Assembly: GCA_001784115.1 (NCBI GenBank)
Contig: MFPD01000011.1
Span: 28,869 to 92,868 of the forward strand
From: Candidatus Levybacteria bacterium RIFCSPLOWO2_02_FULL_37_18
GTDB lineage: Bacteria > Patescibacteriota > Microgenomatia > Levybacterales > UBA12049
Length of the DNA: 64,000 bases
Direction of reading: 5' to 3'
A model generated the notes under the pieces. That model searched no databases. It saw only the letters and a program-made list of their open reading frames with translations, and had not been told where the DNA came from. Of the stretch, positions 28,847 through 39,684 are shown one piece after another; the stretch's first letter is position 1; each line of letters begins with the position of its first letter. Both the position numbers and the translations under genes were made by a program.

Positions 28847-29976
28847 TTTTTCTCTTTTTGAATTTTCTTTTTTGCTTTCTTTGCCTTTTTAGCTTTAGCT
28901 GCCGGCTGAGTACTTACATCATCCGTCTTAACCTCTTTTGCCTTCCCTTCTGTCCCTTTTGCGTCAGTCGCATTTGACGCAATCTCTTCTTGAACTTCTT
29001 CTTGCGTGTCCTCCAAAACTTCAGCGTCGGGGAATCCTTCTATCTCAATTCTATATCCAGTCAGTTTCGAAGCGAGTCTTACGTTTTGTCCTTCTTTTCC
29101 AATTGCCAATGACAATTCATCTTTTGCTACAAATACGCGGGCAATATTTTCTTTTTCGTTAATTTCAACTCTAATATTTTTTGCAGGAGACAACGAAGCT
29201 GCAATATATGCTTTACTGTCTAATTGCCATTGAATAATGTCAATTTTTTCAAGCCCGCCAAATTCCTGTATAATTGCCTGGACTCTTACTCCCTTTTGCC
29301 CTACACAGCTTCCTACCGGATCAATTCCAGGTTGATTAGTAGCAACCACAACCTTACACCTATTCCCAGGATCTCTGGCTATTGCTTTTATAACTACGCT
29401 TCCTTGAGCAACTTCCGGAACCTCCCGTTTAAAAAGCCCCTCTATTAACCCGTTACTTGCCCTGGATACAATTACCTCTTCTTCCCTGGCTCCTTCTCGA
29501 ATTTCTAAAAGGTTAACAGCCAAGCGCTGATTTAAATGATATTTCTCATTAGGAATTTGCTCGGAGGGAGGCATGACACCTTCTGCCTTGCCGATATCAA
29601 CAATGACATTTGGTCCGGCAAACCGAAGCACCATACCGTTGACAATAGTGCCAATTCTGACTTTATAGTCGGACAAAATTGCTTCTTTTTCTTTTTCTCT
29701 GATTTTTTGCAAAATGACTTGTTTTGCGGTTTGTGCTGCGATTCTGCCAAACCCGGGAGGGGTAACATCAGTATCTTTGTGGAAGATATGCGCTTCACCG
29801 GTATTTGCATCTAATGTTGCTGTATATTCTTCGATTTCTACTGTCGGGTGGTCTTTTCTATACGCAGCTACAATGGCATTTTTAACTGTTTCCAAAACAA
29901 CAGAGGGGTCAACCCCCCGCTCGTTTGCTACTTGATTTAATGCGAGCATAAACTCGCTTCTTTGCACAGCCGGCAT
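28816..29976 (-). CDS. nusA: Transcription factor NusA
   Basis: FGRIAAQTAKQVI, DPVGSCVG, LAIGKEGQNVRLAS. Confidence 0.98.
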   Translation of the reverse strand: MPAVQRSEFMLALNQVANERGVDPSVVLETVKNAIVAAYRKDHPTVEIEEYTATLDANTGEAHIFHKDTDVTPPGFGRIAAQTAKQVILQKIREKEKEAILSDYKVRIGTIVNGMVLRFAGPNVIVDIGKAEGVMPPSEQIPNEKYHLNQRLAVNLLEIREGAREEEVIVSRASNGLIEGLFKREVPEVAQGSVVIKAIARDPGNRCKVVVATNQPGIDPVGSCVGQKGVRVQAIIQEFGGLEKIDIIQWQLDSKAYIAASLSPAKNIRVEINEKENIARVFVAKDELSLAIGKEGQNVRLASKLTGYRIEIEGFPDAEVLEDTQEEVQEEIASNATDAKGTEGKAKEVKTDDVSTQPAAKAKKAKKAKKKIQKEKNDSENSENSV

Positions 29977-30021
29977 ATTCCTTAATCATTCGTGTTCATT
30001 TATGAACATTCGTGTATTCAA

Positions 30022-30050
30022 GTATACCAGATTCCGAGATTTGCTTCAAC
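30022..30050 (-). promoter_or_regulatory. Sigma70 promoter of nusA-infB
   Basis: TTGAAG-17-TATACT (TGg extended -10). Confidence 0.55.
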
Positions 30051-30123
30051 ATGACGCTTTACCTGTAACAATTGTAACAAACCTTAAAACTCAAACGGCT
30101 GTTTTGGAAGCAAAAAGAAAACA

Positions 30124-32532
30124 TTAAGTATTAATTATCACGTGCGGGTTATTATCTTGATCTACGTTTAAAGTAACTCTGTTTCCCCTTTTTATTTCTT
30201 CTGTGAGCATTTTCTGCGCCAGTAGACCTTCTATTTTATCCTGAACAAACCGTCTTAAAGGCCTGGCACCAAACTCATCATTTGTTCCTTCTGTAACTAT
30301 TTTTTGCAGAACAGAATCATCAAAGGAAAGAGTTATATCTTTCTCCTGCATTTTTTTAATTAATGAGCTTAAAAGCAATTTTGTTATTTGACCCACTTCA
30401 TCTTTTCCAAGGGGTTTAAATGTAACTACTGCGTCAAATCTGTTTAAAAGTTCAGGCCTAAAAATATTTTTACTTTGCAATTCATCTAAAAGCCGTTTAT
30501 GGAACACCTCATCAATTTTTGTGCCTTTTTTAATTTCCTCCCGAATAAATTCAGCTCCCGCATTTGAAGTTGCTATGACAATTGCATTGACAAATGAAAC
30601 AGTCCGACCTTTGTTATCAGTTAATCTTCCGTCTTCAAGAACCTGAAGAAACAAATCTAAAATCCTGGTATTTGCTTTCTCGAATTCGTCTAATAGAACA
30701 AGTGAGAAAGGATTTTCATGGATTTTATCAGTTAATTCTCCCCGCTCACTGCCTTCTCCAGGGCCTGCTCCTAAAAGTCTTTTCAATCCTGTCTCATCGC
30801 TATACTCACTCATGTCAAGTCGTATCATATGATCTTCTCCATGAAAATATACATGTGCCAATGCCTTGGCAGTTTCGGTTTTTCCAACTCCGGTTGGCCC
30901 TAAGAATAAAAATGAAATTGGCTTTGTTGTACTTGCTAATCCTGTCCGAATTCTTCTCATTGCTTCAGAAATTGCCGTTACTGCTTCTGCCTGATCAATT
31001 ATACGCTCATGGAGTTTATCTTCTAGATGTAATAAAACGTATTTTTCTTCTCCAACAGGCTTTGCTACAGATATTTTTGTTTTTGCTTCTATTGTTTTTA
31101 CAATATCTAAATCCGTAACAGTTCCTCTATATTTTTTGCCATATGTGTCTTTTGTATACAAAGATACCTTATGAGCACTATCTTCCAATAAATACACCGC
31201 GCTTCCCGGCAGCACTGCATCAGTCATAAATCTATGAGAATACTCAACGCTTGCTTTAATTGCTTTATAGGTAACAGTCACATGCTCCTTTGCTTCTATT
31301 TCACCTGCTTTTTTAAATACCATTCCCACTGCTTGACTCTGATCTGCCCCGTCAAGTTTTACTACATCAAATACCTCCATAATCGGATGGTCTTCAAGTA
31401 ATTTTTTATATACTCCATTTGTTGCTGTTGCAACAACCGCAAGACTCCCATCTTTTAAATACGGCATGAGTATTGAAGACATATCTATATCTGTTGCACC
31501 TTCGCCTAACAGATTCGACAGGTCAGGAATAAATAACACAACATTTCCACCGTGAGAAACCTCATTAATGATTTCTTGGAGTCTCGTTTCTAAGTCACTT
31601 TTCTGCGAAACTCCGGATACAAACAAACCCGTAAGCAATTCCAAAACTCGCTTGTGACTTAGTTGTTCTTGCAGCTCTCCCATATAACTTTTGTATGCAA
31701 AACTTTCAACTAATGTATCTTTTCCGCTTCCTCTTTCCCCCACAATCAGGACGTTATTACTTTGCTGTTTTGATAATCCTTCCAAAAGCTCTTTGAATTC
31801 TTCTTCTCTGCCAAAAATATAAGGCTCATGCAACAAACTTTTATACGTAATATTTTTAGTAAATTGCATGGTATTTGGAGTCCAGCCGGTAACTAACCCC
31901 TCTCCAATTCCATCACCTTTATACTGAATTCCGGGTTTTTTTGGATACTCTATAAATGGAAACTCACCTCTTGATAATTTTAAAATTTGGGCAATATCTT
32001 CCTGCTTTAATTCTTTTGCAAATAATAATTTTGTGTGCGGTTCTAAAATAAAAAGATAAGATACTAAAACATCAACCGGAGTAACAAAATCTCCTTTTAC
32101 ATATCTTGTAATTTCTATGGAGTATGCCGTAAGTACATCAAGCGGAATATTAATGAGTGGAATTTCTTTAGGCGTAATGCCTGTTTTGGCAAGTAAAAAT
32201 TTGATCTCCCACTTCTTAAGCAAAGATTTTATAACGTCTGAGGAAGTATGGTGAGTTATAAAAGCTGTTGCGGTCTCTTTTGCGAATGAATCAAATATAT
32301 CTGATTTTGTTTTGTTTTTAACTGAGGTGTTTGGCGTTACCCGGCCTATTTTGTATTCCATAAACAATTCCCACGCAATAAATAAACCAAATAACCCCAA
32401 AGGAATTTTAGGCAAAGTATGCGAAAATATTTGCAAAACAATAAGTGCTGTTAAAAACGAAATAAAAAGAATTCGTATTACGACAATCGCAGGATTTGAA
32501 TAAAAATTATTCAACTGTAAATAAGCTTTCAT
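30124..32532 (-). CDS. Membrane-anchored ClpA/B-like AAA+ ATPase
   Basis: Two N-terminal TMs; degenerate NBD1 (GERGSGKDT, LFIPD); intact NBD2 (GPTGVGKT, LLDEFEKA, FRPELLNR, GARPLRR). Confidence 0.9.
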   Translation of the reverse strand: MKAYLQLNNFYSNPAIVVIRILFISFLTALIVLQIFSHTLPKIPLGLFGLFIAWELFMEYKIGRVTPNTSVKNKTKSDIFDSFAKETATAFITHHTSSDVIKSLLKKWEIKFLLAKTGITPKEIPLINIPLDVLTAYSIEITRYVKGDFVTPVDVLVSYLFILEPHTKLLFAKELKQEDIAQILKLSRGEFPFIEYPKKPGIQYKGDGIGEGLVTGWTPNTMQFTKNITYKSLLHEPYIFGREEEFKELLEGLSKQQSNNVLIVGERGSGKDTLVESFAYKSYMGELQEQLSHKRVLELLTGLFVSGVSQKSDLETRLQEIINEVSHGGNVVLFIPDLSNLLGEGATDIDMSSILMPYLKDGSLAVVATATNGVYKKLLEDHPIMEVFDVVKLDGADQSQAVGMVFKKAGEIEAKEHVTVTYKAIKASVEYSHRFMTDAVLPGSAVYLLEDSAHKVSLYTKDTYGKKYRGTVTDLDIVKTIEAKTKISVAKPVGEEKYVLLHLEDKLHERIIDQAEAVTAISEAMRRIRTGLASTTKPISFLFLGPTGVGKTETAKALAHVYFHGEDHMIRLDMSEYSDETGLKRLLGAGPGEGSERGELTDKIHENPFSLVLLDEFEKANTRILDLFLQVLEDGRLTDNKGRTVSFVNAIVIATSNAGAEFIREEIKKGTKIDEVFHKRLLDELQSKNIFRPELLNRFDAVVTFKPLGKDEVGQITKLLLSSLIKKMQEKDITLSFDDSVLQKIVTEGTNDEFGARPLRRFVQDKIEGLLAQKMLTEEIKRGNRVTLNVDQDNNPHVIINT

Positions 32533-32861
32533 ATAAATAACATCCCAATACTTGCAATTGGAATGAGTAAAAACACCAATAAAATAAGCAGTTCAAACGT
32601 TAATACAATAAATAAAAACAGTAAATCAACCACAATCAAAACTGACTTTACTGCCATCCCCATGACAATAGAAAATCCAACTAAGCCTTCCCTGTATTCA
32701 TTTTTTATGGGTTTGAAAAACGTTTTGACTAAAAGCGGAAGAGAAAATAATTGAAGCAAAGAACTGTTAAGCGAAGCAAAATATGTGTATAACCTGTTTG
32801 GAGCTTCAAAAAACCAAAATTTTATACATAGCAACGGCAATTGCATCAATAGAGCAGTCAT
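32529..32861 (-). CDS. Small membrane protein coupled to the Clp-like ATPase
   Basis: 4-nt overlap; FSLPLLVKTFFKP..EY motif followed by TMs. Confidence 0.75.
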   Translation of the reverse strand: MTALLMQLPLLCIKFWFFEAPNRLYTYFASLNSSLLQLFSLPLLVKTFFKPIKNEYREGLVGFSIVMGMAVKSVLIVVDLLFLFIVLTFELLILLVFLLIPIASIGMLFI

Positions 32862-32872
32862 ACGTTAATGAT

Positions 32873-32899
32873 TGTCATTCTAAACTAGTTTCAGAATCT
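32873..32899. repeat. Half copy of the TGTCAT palindromic element
   Basis: TGTCATTCTAAACTAGTTTCAGAATCT. Confidence 0.6.
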
Positions 32900-32954
32900 A
32901 TTTTTAGTATAGGTTTTTTGTTAACAAATTACAACGAACTTGAACATGAAGAAT

Positions 32955-33347
32955 TTATTTTGCTTCTTTTGTATGTTTTAACGCTTTGGGGAAATGAATT
33001 AAAAACAATACCAATCCGACAATACTAAACGTAAGTGAAGATTTTAAATCATCGAGTTTTTGCTGTTTTCGCTCCTTTTCAAGCTGTATTTGACATTTCT
33101 TTTTTTGTCCGTCTAATTCCTTTTGTGTTGGAGTTGAAATTGGCAAACCATTAGCAGCAGGAACTGGTTTTGAATATGCGTACGGATACGTTTCGCAGTC
33201 TTTCCCTCTAAACCGAAGCGGATATGTGTCGTATTGAGTTGTATTAATAACAAAATTTACAGTCGCAAAAATTCCAACGACAATTAAAGCCAAAGCTGCT
33301 GCTGAGATTGCGTAAAAATAAATACTGGCTATGTGTCTGGTATTCAT
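32955..33347 (-). CDS. Hypothetical 2-TM membrane protein
   Basis: IYFYAISAAAL and LFLIHF TMs with a two-Cys loop. Confidence 0.75.
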   Translation of the reverse strand: MNTRHIASIYFYAISAAALALIVVGIFATVNFVINTTQYDTYPLRFRGKDCETYPYAYSKPVPAANGLPISTPTQKELDGQKKKCQIQLEKERKQQKLDDLKSSLTFSIVGLVLFLIHFPKALKHTKEAK

Positions 33348-33350
33348 GTT

Positions 33351-34226
33351 TTAAAACCAACCTTTGTTTCTTTTTGATTCCATTTCAAATTCTTCAAGCA
33401 GTTTTTTTTGCTCTGACGAGAGATGTTTTGGAACTGTTACTTTTATCCTAACATAATGATCACCGTGTCCGGAACTTCTTAAATGAGTAACACCTTTTCC
33501 CCGTAATCGAATAATCGTATCAGGCTGTGTACCTGCTGGAGTCTTAATTTTTACCACTCCTTGCACGGTTTCAATTTCTGCTTCTGTTCCAAGCACTGCT
33601 TGAGGAAAAGAAATTTCCTTTTCCGAGATAATATCGTATCCTTCTCTTTTAAATCGCTTGTTGGGCATTGCTTCAACTATCACATCATAGTCGCCAAAAC
33701 GGATTCGTGAACCATCATCTACACCTGCTGGAATTTTTATGGTTTGTGTTTTCCCATTAATGGTTACTCGTTTTTCCACACCTTTGACTGCTTCCATGAA
33801 ATCTATGGTAATTGAATACACAGGCCGTCTCTGCCGGGCACCAAATGGCGATGCACCACCAAAAAATTGTTCAAATATTTCAAATGGATCGGAAAAACCT
33901 CCAAAATCAAATCCGCCGCCGCCCCCACTGGAGGTGTATGTATAGGTAAACGGACCATAGCGGCCGGATTGGGTCCCCTCAAACGGCCCTTGCCCGCCGC
34001 CTTGCTCGAAAGCAGCATGTCCAAATTGATCGTATGTTTGCTTTTTCTGAGGATCTGACAATACTTCGTATGCTCTGCTTATTTCTTTAAATTTCTCAGC
34101 AGCGTCTTTTCCTTTATTTCTATCCGGATGATACTCTAAAGCAAGCTTACGATATGCTTTTTTTATTTCGTCAGCGCTCGCTGTCCTTGAAACTCCTAAA
34201 ACTTGATAACAATCTTTCTCTGCCAT
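33351..34226 (-). CDS. dnaJ: DnaJ co-chaperone lacking the zinc finger (class B)
   Basis: J-domain HPD, G/F region, C-terminal domain, no CxxCxGxG. Confidence 0.92.
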   Translation of the reverse strand: MAEKDCYQVLGVSRTASADEIKKAYRKLALEYHPDRNKGKDAAEKFKEISRAYEVLSDPQKKQTYDQFGHAAFEQGGGQGPFEGTQSGRYGPFTYTYTSSGGGGGFDFGGFSDPFEIFEQFFGGASPFGARQRRPVYSITIDFMEAVKGVEKRVTINGKTQTIKIPAGVDDGSRIRFGDYDVIVEAMPNKRFKREGYDIISEKEISFPQAVLGTEAEIETVQGVVKIKTPAGTQPDTIIRLRGKGVTHLRSSGHGDHYVRIKVTVPKHLSSEQKKLLEEFEMESKRNKGWF

Positions 34227-34251
34227 ACTTTTATTTTACCAATTATTGAAC

Positions 34252-34273
34252 AAAAAAGCGCGGTTTCCGCGCT
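34252..34273 (-). terminator. Intrinsic terminator after dnaK
   Basis: AGCGCGG-AAA-CCGCGCT followed by a T-run. Confidence 0.85.
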
Positions 34274-34274
34274 C

Positions 34275-34302
34275 AATTCTGAATTCTGAATTCTGAATTC
34301 TG
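34275..34302. repeat. Perfect tandem (AATTCTG)x4
   Basis: Read directly; sits just after the dnaK stop. Confidence 0.95.
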
Positions 34303-34304
34303 AA

Positions 34305-36227
34305 CTAGTCCACCACTTCTCCCTCTATCGGCTCATCCTTATCCGACTTTTTCTGTTCTTCTGTTTTTTCCGAACTCTGATCTTCTGTCTTTTGTTCTTT
34401 ATCCTCCGATTTCTGACCTCCGGCCTCTGAACTCTGTTGTTTGTAAAGTGCTTCTCCTACTTTTTGTAAAGAATCGGAAAGATCTTTTGTTTTAGCTTCT
34501 AAATCTTCTTTTGTGCCGCTATCCAAAACTGCTTTGAGTAATGACATTTTTTCTTCAACTTCTTTTTTTGTGTCAACACTTACTTTATCTCCTGCGTCTT
34601 TTAAGGATTTTTCTGCAGTAAATAGTAAAGAATCTGCTTGGTTTCTGGCTTCAACGTGTGCTTTCTTTTCTTCATCTTCTTTTGCATGCATTTCTGCTTC
34701 CTTAGTCATTTTCTCAACTTCTTCTTTTGTCAGTCCGGTTGAGCCGGTAATTTTAATACTTTGTTCTTTTCCTGTTGCCTTATCTTTTGCTTTTACCGAT
34801 AAAATTCCGCTGGCGTCAATATCAAAGGTAACCTCTACTTGAGGCATTCCACGAGGAGCAGGCGGAATTCCATCCAAAATAAACCTTCCAAGTGACTTAT
34901 TATCGATAGCCATGGGTCTTTCTCCTTGCAGTACATTAATTTCAACCTGTGTCTGATTATCAGCTGCTGTTGAAAATACCTGAGATTTAGAAGAAGGAAT
35001 AGTTGTATTTCTTGGAATTAAAGGTGTGGAAACTCCTCCAAGTGTTTCGATACCAAGTGTTAAAGGAGTAACATCTAAAAGCAATACGTCTTTCACTTCT
35101 CCTCCTAATACCCCACCCTGAACAGCAGATCCGACTGCAACTACTTCGTCCGGATTAACTGATTTATTAGGTTCCTTACCAAAGAATTTCGAGACAACCT
35201 CAACAATCTTTGGCATTCGAGTCATTCCTCCAACCATAACCACCTCATCCACATCACTTGCTTTCATTCCCGCGTCTTTAAGAGCCAGTTCAACAGGTTT
35301 TAAGGTACTTTGAACAAGGTTATCCACCAACTGTTCAAGTTTGGCTCGGGTCAGAGTCATGGTAAGATGAAGCGGTCCTTCTTTACCTTGAGTTATAAAG
35401 GGCTGATTAATTTCTGCTTGGGTAGAGCTGGATAGTTCTATTTTTGCTTTTTCTGCTGATTCCCTTAATCTCTGCAAAGCTTGTGGGTCTTTTTTTAAAT
35501 CAATACCGTGTTCTTTTTTAAATTCCTCTGCAATGTATTCAATAATTTTCTGGTCAAAATTATCTCCTCCCAAATGGGTATCTCCGTTGGTTGATTTAAC
35601 TTCGTATACTCCCTCACCAAGTTCAAGAATAGAAATATCAAAGGTTCCTCCTCCTAAGTCATACACGGCAATCGTATGTGCATTTTTTTTGTCAAGTCCG
35701 TAAGCTAAAGCTGCCGCAGTAGGTTCATTAATAATTCGAAGCACTTCAAGGCCTGCTATTTCTCCTGCTTGTTTAGTTGCTTGGCGCTGAGAATCGTCAA
35801 AATATGCAGGTACGGTAATAACAGCTTGCGTAACTTTTTCTCCCAAATAATTTTCCGCGTCTGTTTTGATTTTTTGTAAAATTTGAGCGGAAATTTCTTG
35901 AGGAGTAAATGTTTTTCCTTCTGCTTCAACAACAGCCATCCCGTCTCGGCCGGCTTTAACTGTATACGGAAGCCACTTTAAGTCGTACCGAACAGACTCG
36001 TCGTTGAATTTACGACCCATAAGTCTCTTGACTGAAAAAATTGTTCGTTTGGGCTTTAAAACAAGTTGCCGCTTTGCCACGTCTCCCACGACATGAGAAA
36101 CCGGATCAACAACCGATGGAATAACATTTCTTCCTTCTGCGCTATGAATTACTTTGGGACTTCCTCCCTCCATAACCGCAACGCATGAATTTGTTGTACC
36201 TAAATCTATGCCAATTATCTTTGCCAT
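34305..36227 (-). CDS. dnaK: Chaperone DnaK
   Basis: [25 protein letters not shown]. Confidence 0.99.
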   Translation of the reverse strand: MAKIIGIDLGTTNSCVAVMEGGSPKVIHSAEGRNVIPSVVDPVSHVVGDVAKRQLVLKPKRTIFSVKRLMGRKFNDESVRYDLKWLPYTVKAGRDGMAVVEAEGKTFTPQEISAQILQKIKTDAENYLGEKVTQAVITVPAYFDDSQRQATKQAGEIAGLEVLRIINEPTAAALAYGLDKKNAHTIAVYDLGGGTFDISILELGEGVYEVKSTNGDTHLGGDNFDQKIIEYIAEEFKKEHGIDLKKDPQALQRLRESAEKAKIELSSSTQAEINQPFITQGKEGPLHLTMTLTRAKLEQLVDNLVQSTLKPVELALKDAGMKASDVDEVVMVGGMTRMPKIVEVVSKFFGKEPNKSVNPDEVVAVGSAVQGGVLGGEVKDVLLLDVTPLTLGIETLGGVSTPLIPRNTTIPSSKSQVFSTAADNQTQVEINVLQGERPMAIDNKSLGRFILDGIPPAPRGMPQVEVTFDIDASGILSVKAKDKATGKEQSIKITGSTGLTKEEVEKMTKEAEMHAKEDEEKKAHVEARNQADSLLFTAEKSLKDAGDKVSVDTKKEVEEKMSLLKAVLDSGTKEDLEAKTKDLSDSLQKVGEALYKQQSSEAGGQKSEDKEQKTEDQSSEKTEEQKKSDKDEPIEGEVVD

Positions 36228-36240
36228 ATGTTTCTTTCAG

Positions 36241-36333
36241 TCAAATCCAAAATTCAAAGTTCAAAATTGCAATTCAAAATTTTAAATTACTAACTTTCAA
36301 CTATAACTTTTAATTTTTAATTTTGAACTTTTA
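36241..36333. repeat. Heptamer array with inverted halves between grpE and dnaK
   Basis: tcaaaat/tcaaagt ... ttttaat/ttttgaa. Confidence 0.75.
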
Positions 36334-36834
36334 ACTTTTTCCTACCTTTACCTGTGCAGGCCTTAAAACCTTATCTCCCATTTTATACCCTGCTTGTATT
36401 TCTGACAATACCTTTCCTTCTTCTCCTTTTTCAGTTACTACACATTCCATAAGCGTTGGGTCAAAATCTTTTCCGACTGTTTCAATTCTTTCAACGCTCT
36501 CATTTCTTAAAACATCTCCAAATTGCTTAATACTCAGTTGCAACCCTTGATTGTCTACATGCTGACTTGCCATGACTAATATATCTAAAACCGGAAGTAG
36601 CCGCAATATCAACTGTCTATTCGTACTCAGTATCCATCCTCTTTTTTCTTCTCGTACTCTTTTTTCTAAATTCTGATAGTCTGCTAAAGCCCGCTTGGCA
36701 ATACTTTCTAACTCTTCAACCCGTTTTTTACATTCAATAAGTTCCGAATTTTCTGGTTCTGAACTTTCTACTTTTTCTACATCCTCTACTTCATCTACTT
36801 TTTTTATATCGTTTTTATCTTTCTTCTTACTCAT
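36331..36834 (-). CDS. grpE: Nucleotide exchange factor GrpE
   Basis: RALADYQN, LLPVLD, FDP, GY..GDKVLRPAQV. Confidence 0.96.
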   Translation of the reverse strand: MSKKKDKNDIKKVDEVEDVEKVESSEPENSELIECKKRVEELESIAKRALADYQNLEKRVREEKRGWILSTNRQLILRLLPVLDILVMASQHVDNQGLQLSIKQFGDVLRNESVERIETVGKDFDPTLMECVVTEKGEEGKVLSEIQAGYKMGDKVLRPAQVKVGKS

Positions 36835-36873
36835 TTTAATTCTGAATTGTAAACTCTAAATTCTAAATTGGAA

Positions 36874-37605
36874 TTACCATCCTTTTGCTATCTCTTCGAT
36901 TAAACCTCCGAAATATCTCACGGTCGGTACTACATACATATAATTTAATCTCACAGGGCCTAATACACCAATATCTCCAGAAATATTTTCAGGTGTGGTG
37001 TATCTGGTAAATACAAACCCATATTGAGGTGGAAGTTTTGGCCCTAATTCTTCTCCCATCAGTATATGAATACCTTCGTTATCTTCTTCAGCTTTTTGAC
37101 ATAAGTCTTTAAAATAATCAAATTCATCAATTGCCGAAAGCAAACTTCTGGTAATATCAATGTCAAAAAATTCAGGCATGTCTAAAATATTTGCGTATCC
37201 AGAAGCATACACTGTCCCGTCGCTTGCGGTTGCCACGGCAAGCGTTTTTGTTTTTTCTGCTAAAGTCCTGGTGAGTTCTCGCATGAATTCATGAATTTTA
37301 TTTCGCAGGTCCCATAATCTCTCCTTAACCGCTACTTCTTCAACTACAGAAAGTTCCTTCTCCTTCATGAGCTGTCTGACATAAAATTTCATACCCATTG
37401 GTGTCGGAATTCTACCTGCTGAAGTATGCGGTTTTCTTAAGTACCCCAAATCTGTGAGCCTAACCATTTCGTTTCGAATAGTCGCGGGAGATACGCTTAA
37501 ATTGTGTTTTTTTTCAAGAGTTTCGGAGCCGACTGACTCGGCTGTATCAATATATTCTTCAATGAGGCTTTTAAGAATTTCTATTTGTCGTTGGGTAAGC
37601 TGCAT
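36874..37605 (-). CDS. hrcA: Heat-inducible repressor HrcA
   Basis: SPATIRNEM, PHTSAGRIPT, GVLGPVRLNY; start moved to ATG 37605. Confidence 0.95.
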   Translation of the reverse strand: MQLTQRQIEILKSLIEEYIDTAESVGSETLEKKHNLSVSPATIRNEMVRLTDLGYLRKPHTSAGRIPTPMGMKFYVRQLMKEKELSVVEEVAVKERLWDLRNKIHEFMRELTRTLAEKTKTLAVATASDGTVYASGYANILDMPEFFDIDITRSLLSAIDEFDYFKDLCQKAEEDNEGIHILMGEELGPKLPPQYGFVFTRYTTPENISGDIGVLGPVRLNYMYVVPTVRYFGGLIEEIAKGW

Positions 37606-37607
37606 AT

Positions 37608-37709
37608 GCGCTAAAATTCTAATGTTCAAATGTCTAAAACTGTTTTGAATTTTGTATTTTTATTCATTTGAATTTGTTTCGGATTTAGATATTAGAATTT
37701 CGGATTTCT
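37608..37709. repeat. Heptamer array element in the hrcA leader
   Basis: ...ttgtttcggatttagatattagaatttcggattt; same family as 49083-49173 and 52380-52483. Confidence 0.75.
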
Positions 37710-37731
37710 TAATTTGCAACGCAAATTAAGA

Positions 37732-37768
37732 TTAGCAGTACTATACCACGACTGCTAATCGATGTCAA
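37732..37768 (-). promoter_or_regulatory. CIRCE operator overlapping the sigma70 promoter of the hrcA-grpE-dnaK operon
   Basis: TTAGCAGTC-N9-TACTGCTAA (37732-37758); TTGACA-17-TATAGT (37768-37740). Confidence 0.88.
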
Positions 37769-37796
37769 GACCCAGTTTTTTTGTTACACTTACATC

Positions 37797-38132
37797 ATGC
37801 GACAGAGAAAAAAGCTTTTCCCATTTCTAGTTCTTAGCATTCTTTCATTCCTAGGCATTCTCTATGTATTCTTTTTTCTCCCTCCAGATTTTATATTTTT
37901 TACTGTAAACCATGAGCTATCAACTGTTTGGTTATTTTTCCTACTTCTTTTTATTTTTTTTTTATCTCTTACTTTTTATCTTCTTGTGAGCCTGAAACGG
38001 GCCACATTTGTTGGATTATTCGTAGTTGTGTTTCTCTGGCTTCGGCTCATCCATCTTACCCACTTCCTTTATCCAATTCTTTTACTTCTTCTTTTTATTC
38101 TCCTTGACCTGTCTTTCCAAAAAAGGAAATAA
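37797..38132 (+). CDS. Small 4-TM membrane protein
   Basis: Hydrophobic ORF; TGtTACACT 6 nt before the ATG. Confidence 0.75.
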   Translation: MRQRKKLFPFLVLSILSFLGILYVFFFLPPDFIFFTVNHELSTVWLFFLLLFIFFLSLTFYLLVSLKRATFVGLFVVVFLWLRLIHLTHFLYPILLLLLFILLDLSFQKRK

Positions 38133-38170
38133 TCATTGTTAGCAAGGCTATTTTTTGATAAAATGAAAAA

Positions 38171-39607
38171 GTGAGCAAATTTTTCATTACCAACGCAATA
38201 CCGTACGTGAATGCAAAACCGCATATTGGTCACGCGCTGGAATTCGTGCAATCCGACGTGATCCGTCGATTTCATCTTTTACAAGGCGATGAAACCGTTC
38301 TTTTATGTGGTGGAGACGAAAATGCAATTAAAAATGTCCAGGCAGCGGATCGAGCCGGAAAGCCGGTGCAAGAATTTATCGATGAGAATACAAAGTTATT
38401 TTCTCAACTTGCAGAAAAACTAAATGTCCATTTTGATTTTTGGCAGAAGGCAAGTAGTAAAAATCACCATATTTCCTCTCAAAAACTTTGGGAACTCTGC
38501 AATAAGAATGGCGACATTTATAAACAAACATACACCGGACTGTATTGCGTCGGATGTGAACTGTTTTACGAAAAAGAAGAGCTTGATGAAAATGGTGAAT
38601 GTCTTGAACATCCTGGAAAAAAGTTAGAGGAAGTTTCTGAAGAAAACTATTTCTTTAAATTATCGAAATACGAAAAAAAACTCTTAGAACTCATTGAATC
38701 AGATGACCTCAAAATTACTCCTATTGGACGCAAAAATGAAGTAGTTTCATTTATTAAGCAAGGGTTAAAAGACATTAGTATTTCACGCTCTAATAAACGT
38801 GCAAGAAATTGGGGAGTGCCGGTTCCCGACGATGACTCTCAACGCATGTATGTATGGTTTGACGCCTTAAATATTTATCAAAGCGGTATTGGATTTGGAT
38901 CGGAAGACGAATCATTGTATAAAAAGTGGTGGCCGGCAGATGTGCATGTTATTGGCAAAGGCATAACACGTTTTCATGCCGTGTACTGGCCGGCATTTCT
39001 TTTATCGGCAGGACTTAAAACTCCTAAATCTATTTTAGTCCATGAATACATTACTGTAAACGGACAAAAAATGTCAAAAACCTTAGGGAATGTTATCGAT
39101 CCAACAATACTCATTGATAGGTATGGAACAGACGCGCTCAGATATTATTGTCTTGCAAAAATTTCACCATTTGCCGACGGTGATTTCTCCGAGGAAAAAC
39201 TGAAAGATGTTTACAATGCCGACTTGGCAAACGGCCTTGGAAATCTAGTCGCACGCGTTGCAAAATTGTGTGAAACCAACGAGGTATCCATTTCAGACAT
39301 TCCTCATCGTGTTCCAAATGTAAGTCTAAAAGGAGGATATATCGAATATTTTGAACGATACGAGTTCAACTTAGCATTAGAAGAACTATGGAAAGATATT
39401 AAAGATCTAGATGTTGCAATAAATACTGAAAAACCCTGGACTCTCTCAAAAGAAAATGCTACACCCTTATTAAAAATTCTTGCTTATCAAATAAAAAATA
39501 TCGCGCATGGAATTAAACCATTCCTTCCCGATACAGCAGAGAAGATTTTAAAACAGTTTAAAGGGCCAGGAATTATGGCTCAATCTCCTCTTTTCCCACG
39601 GCTATAA
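38171..39607 (+). CDS. metG: Methionyl-tRNA synthetase
   Basis: PYVNAKPHIGH, YVWFDAL, KMSKT, LANGLGNL. Confidence 0.97.
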   Translation: MSKFFITNAIPYVNAKPHIGHALEFVQSDVIRRFHLLQGDETVLLCGGDENAIKNVQAADRAGKPVQEFIDENTKLFSQLAEKLNVHFDFWQKASSKNHHISSQKLWELCNKNGDIYKQTYTGLYCVGCELFYEKEELDENGECLEHPGKKLEEVSEENYFFKLSKYEKKLLELIESDDLKITPIGRKNEVVSFIKQGLKDISISRSNKRARNWGVPVPDDDSQRMYVWFDALNIYQSGIGFGSEDESLYKKWWPADVHVIGKGITRFHAVYWPAFLLSAGLKTPKSILVHEYITVNGQKMSKTLGNVIDPTILIDRYGTDALRYYCLAKISPFADGDFSEEKLKDVYNADLANGLGNLVARVAKLCETNEVSISDIPHRVPNVSLKGGYIEYFERYEFNLALEELWKDIKDLDVAINTEKPWTLSKENATPLLKILAYQIKNIAHGIKPFLPDTAEKILKQFKGPGIMAQSPLFPRL

Positions 39608-39654
39608 GACTACTTGACAACCGGGAATATATTCTAAATACTTGATACAAATTA

Positions 39655-39680
39655 CTTCAATGATTCGAATCATTGAAGCA
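39655..39680. promoter_or_regulatory. 24-bp perfect palindrome (putative operator) before the TrpR-like gene
   Basis: CTTCAATGATTCGAATCATTGAAG at 39655-39678. Confidence 0.75.
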
Positions 39681-39684
39681 TACT

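Noticed and set aside
34275-34302. Tandem repeats as a possible CRISPR array
   Set aside because: Units are 7 nt with no unique spacers, and no cas genes are present.
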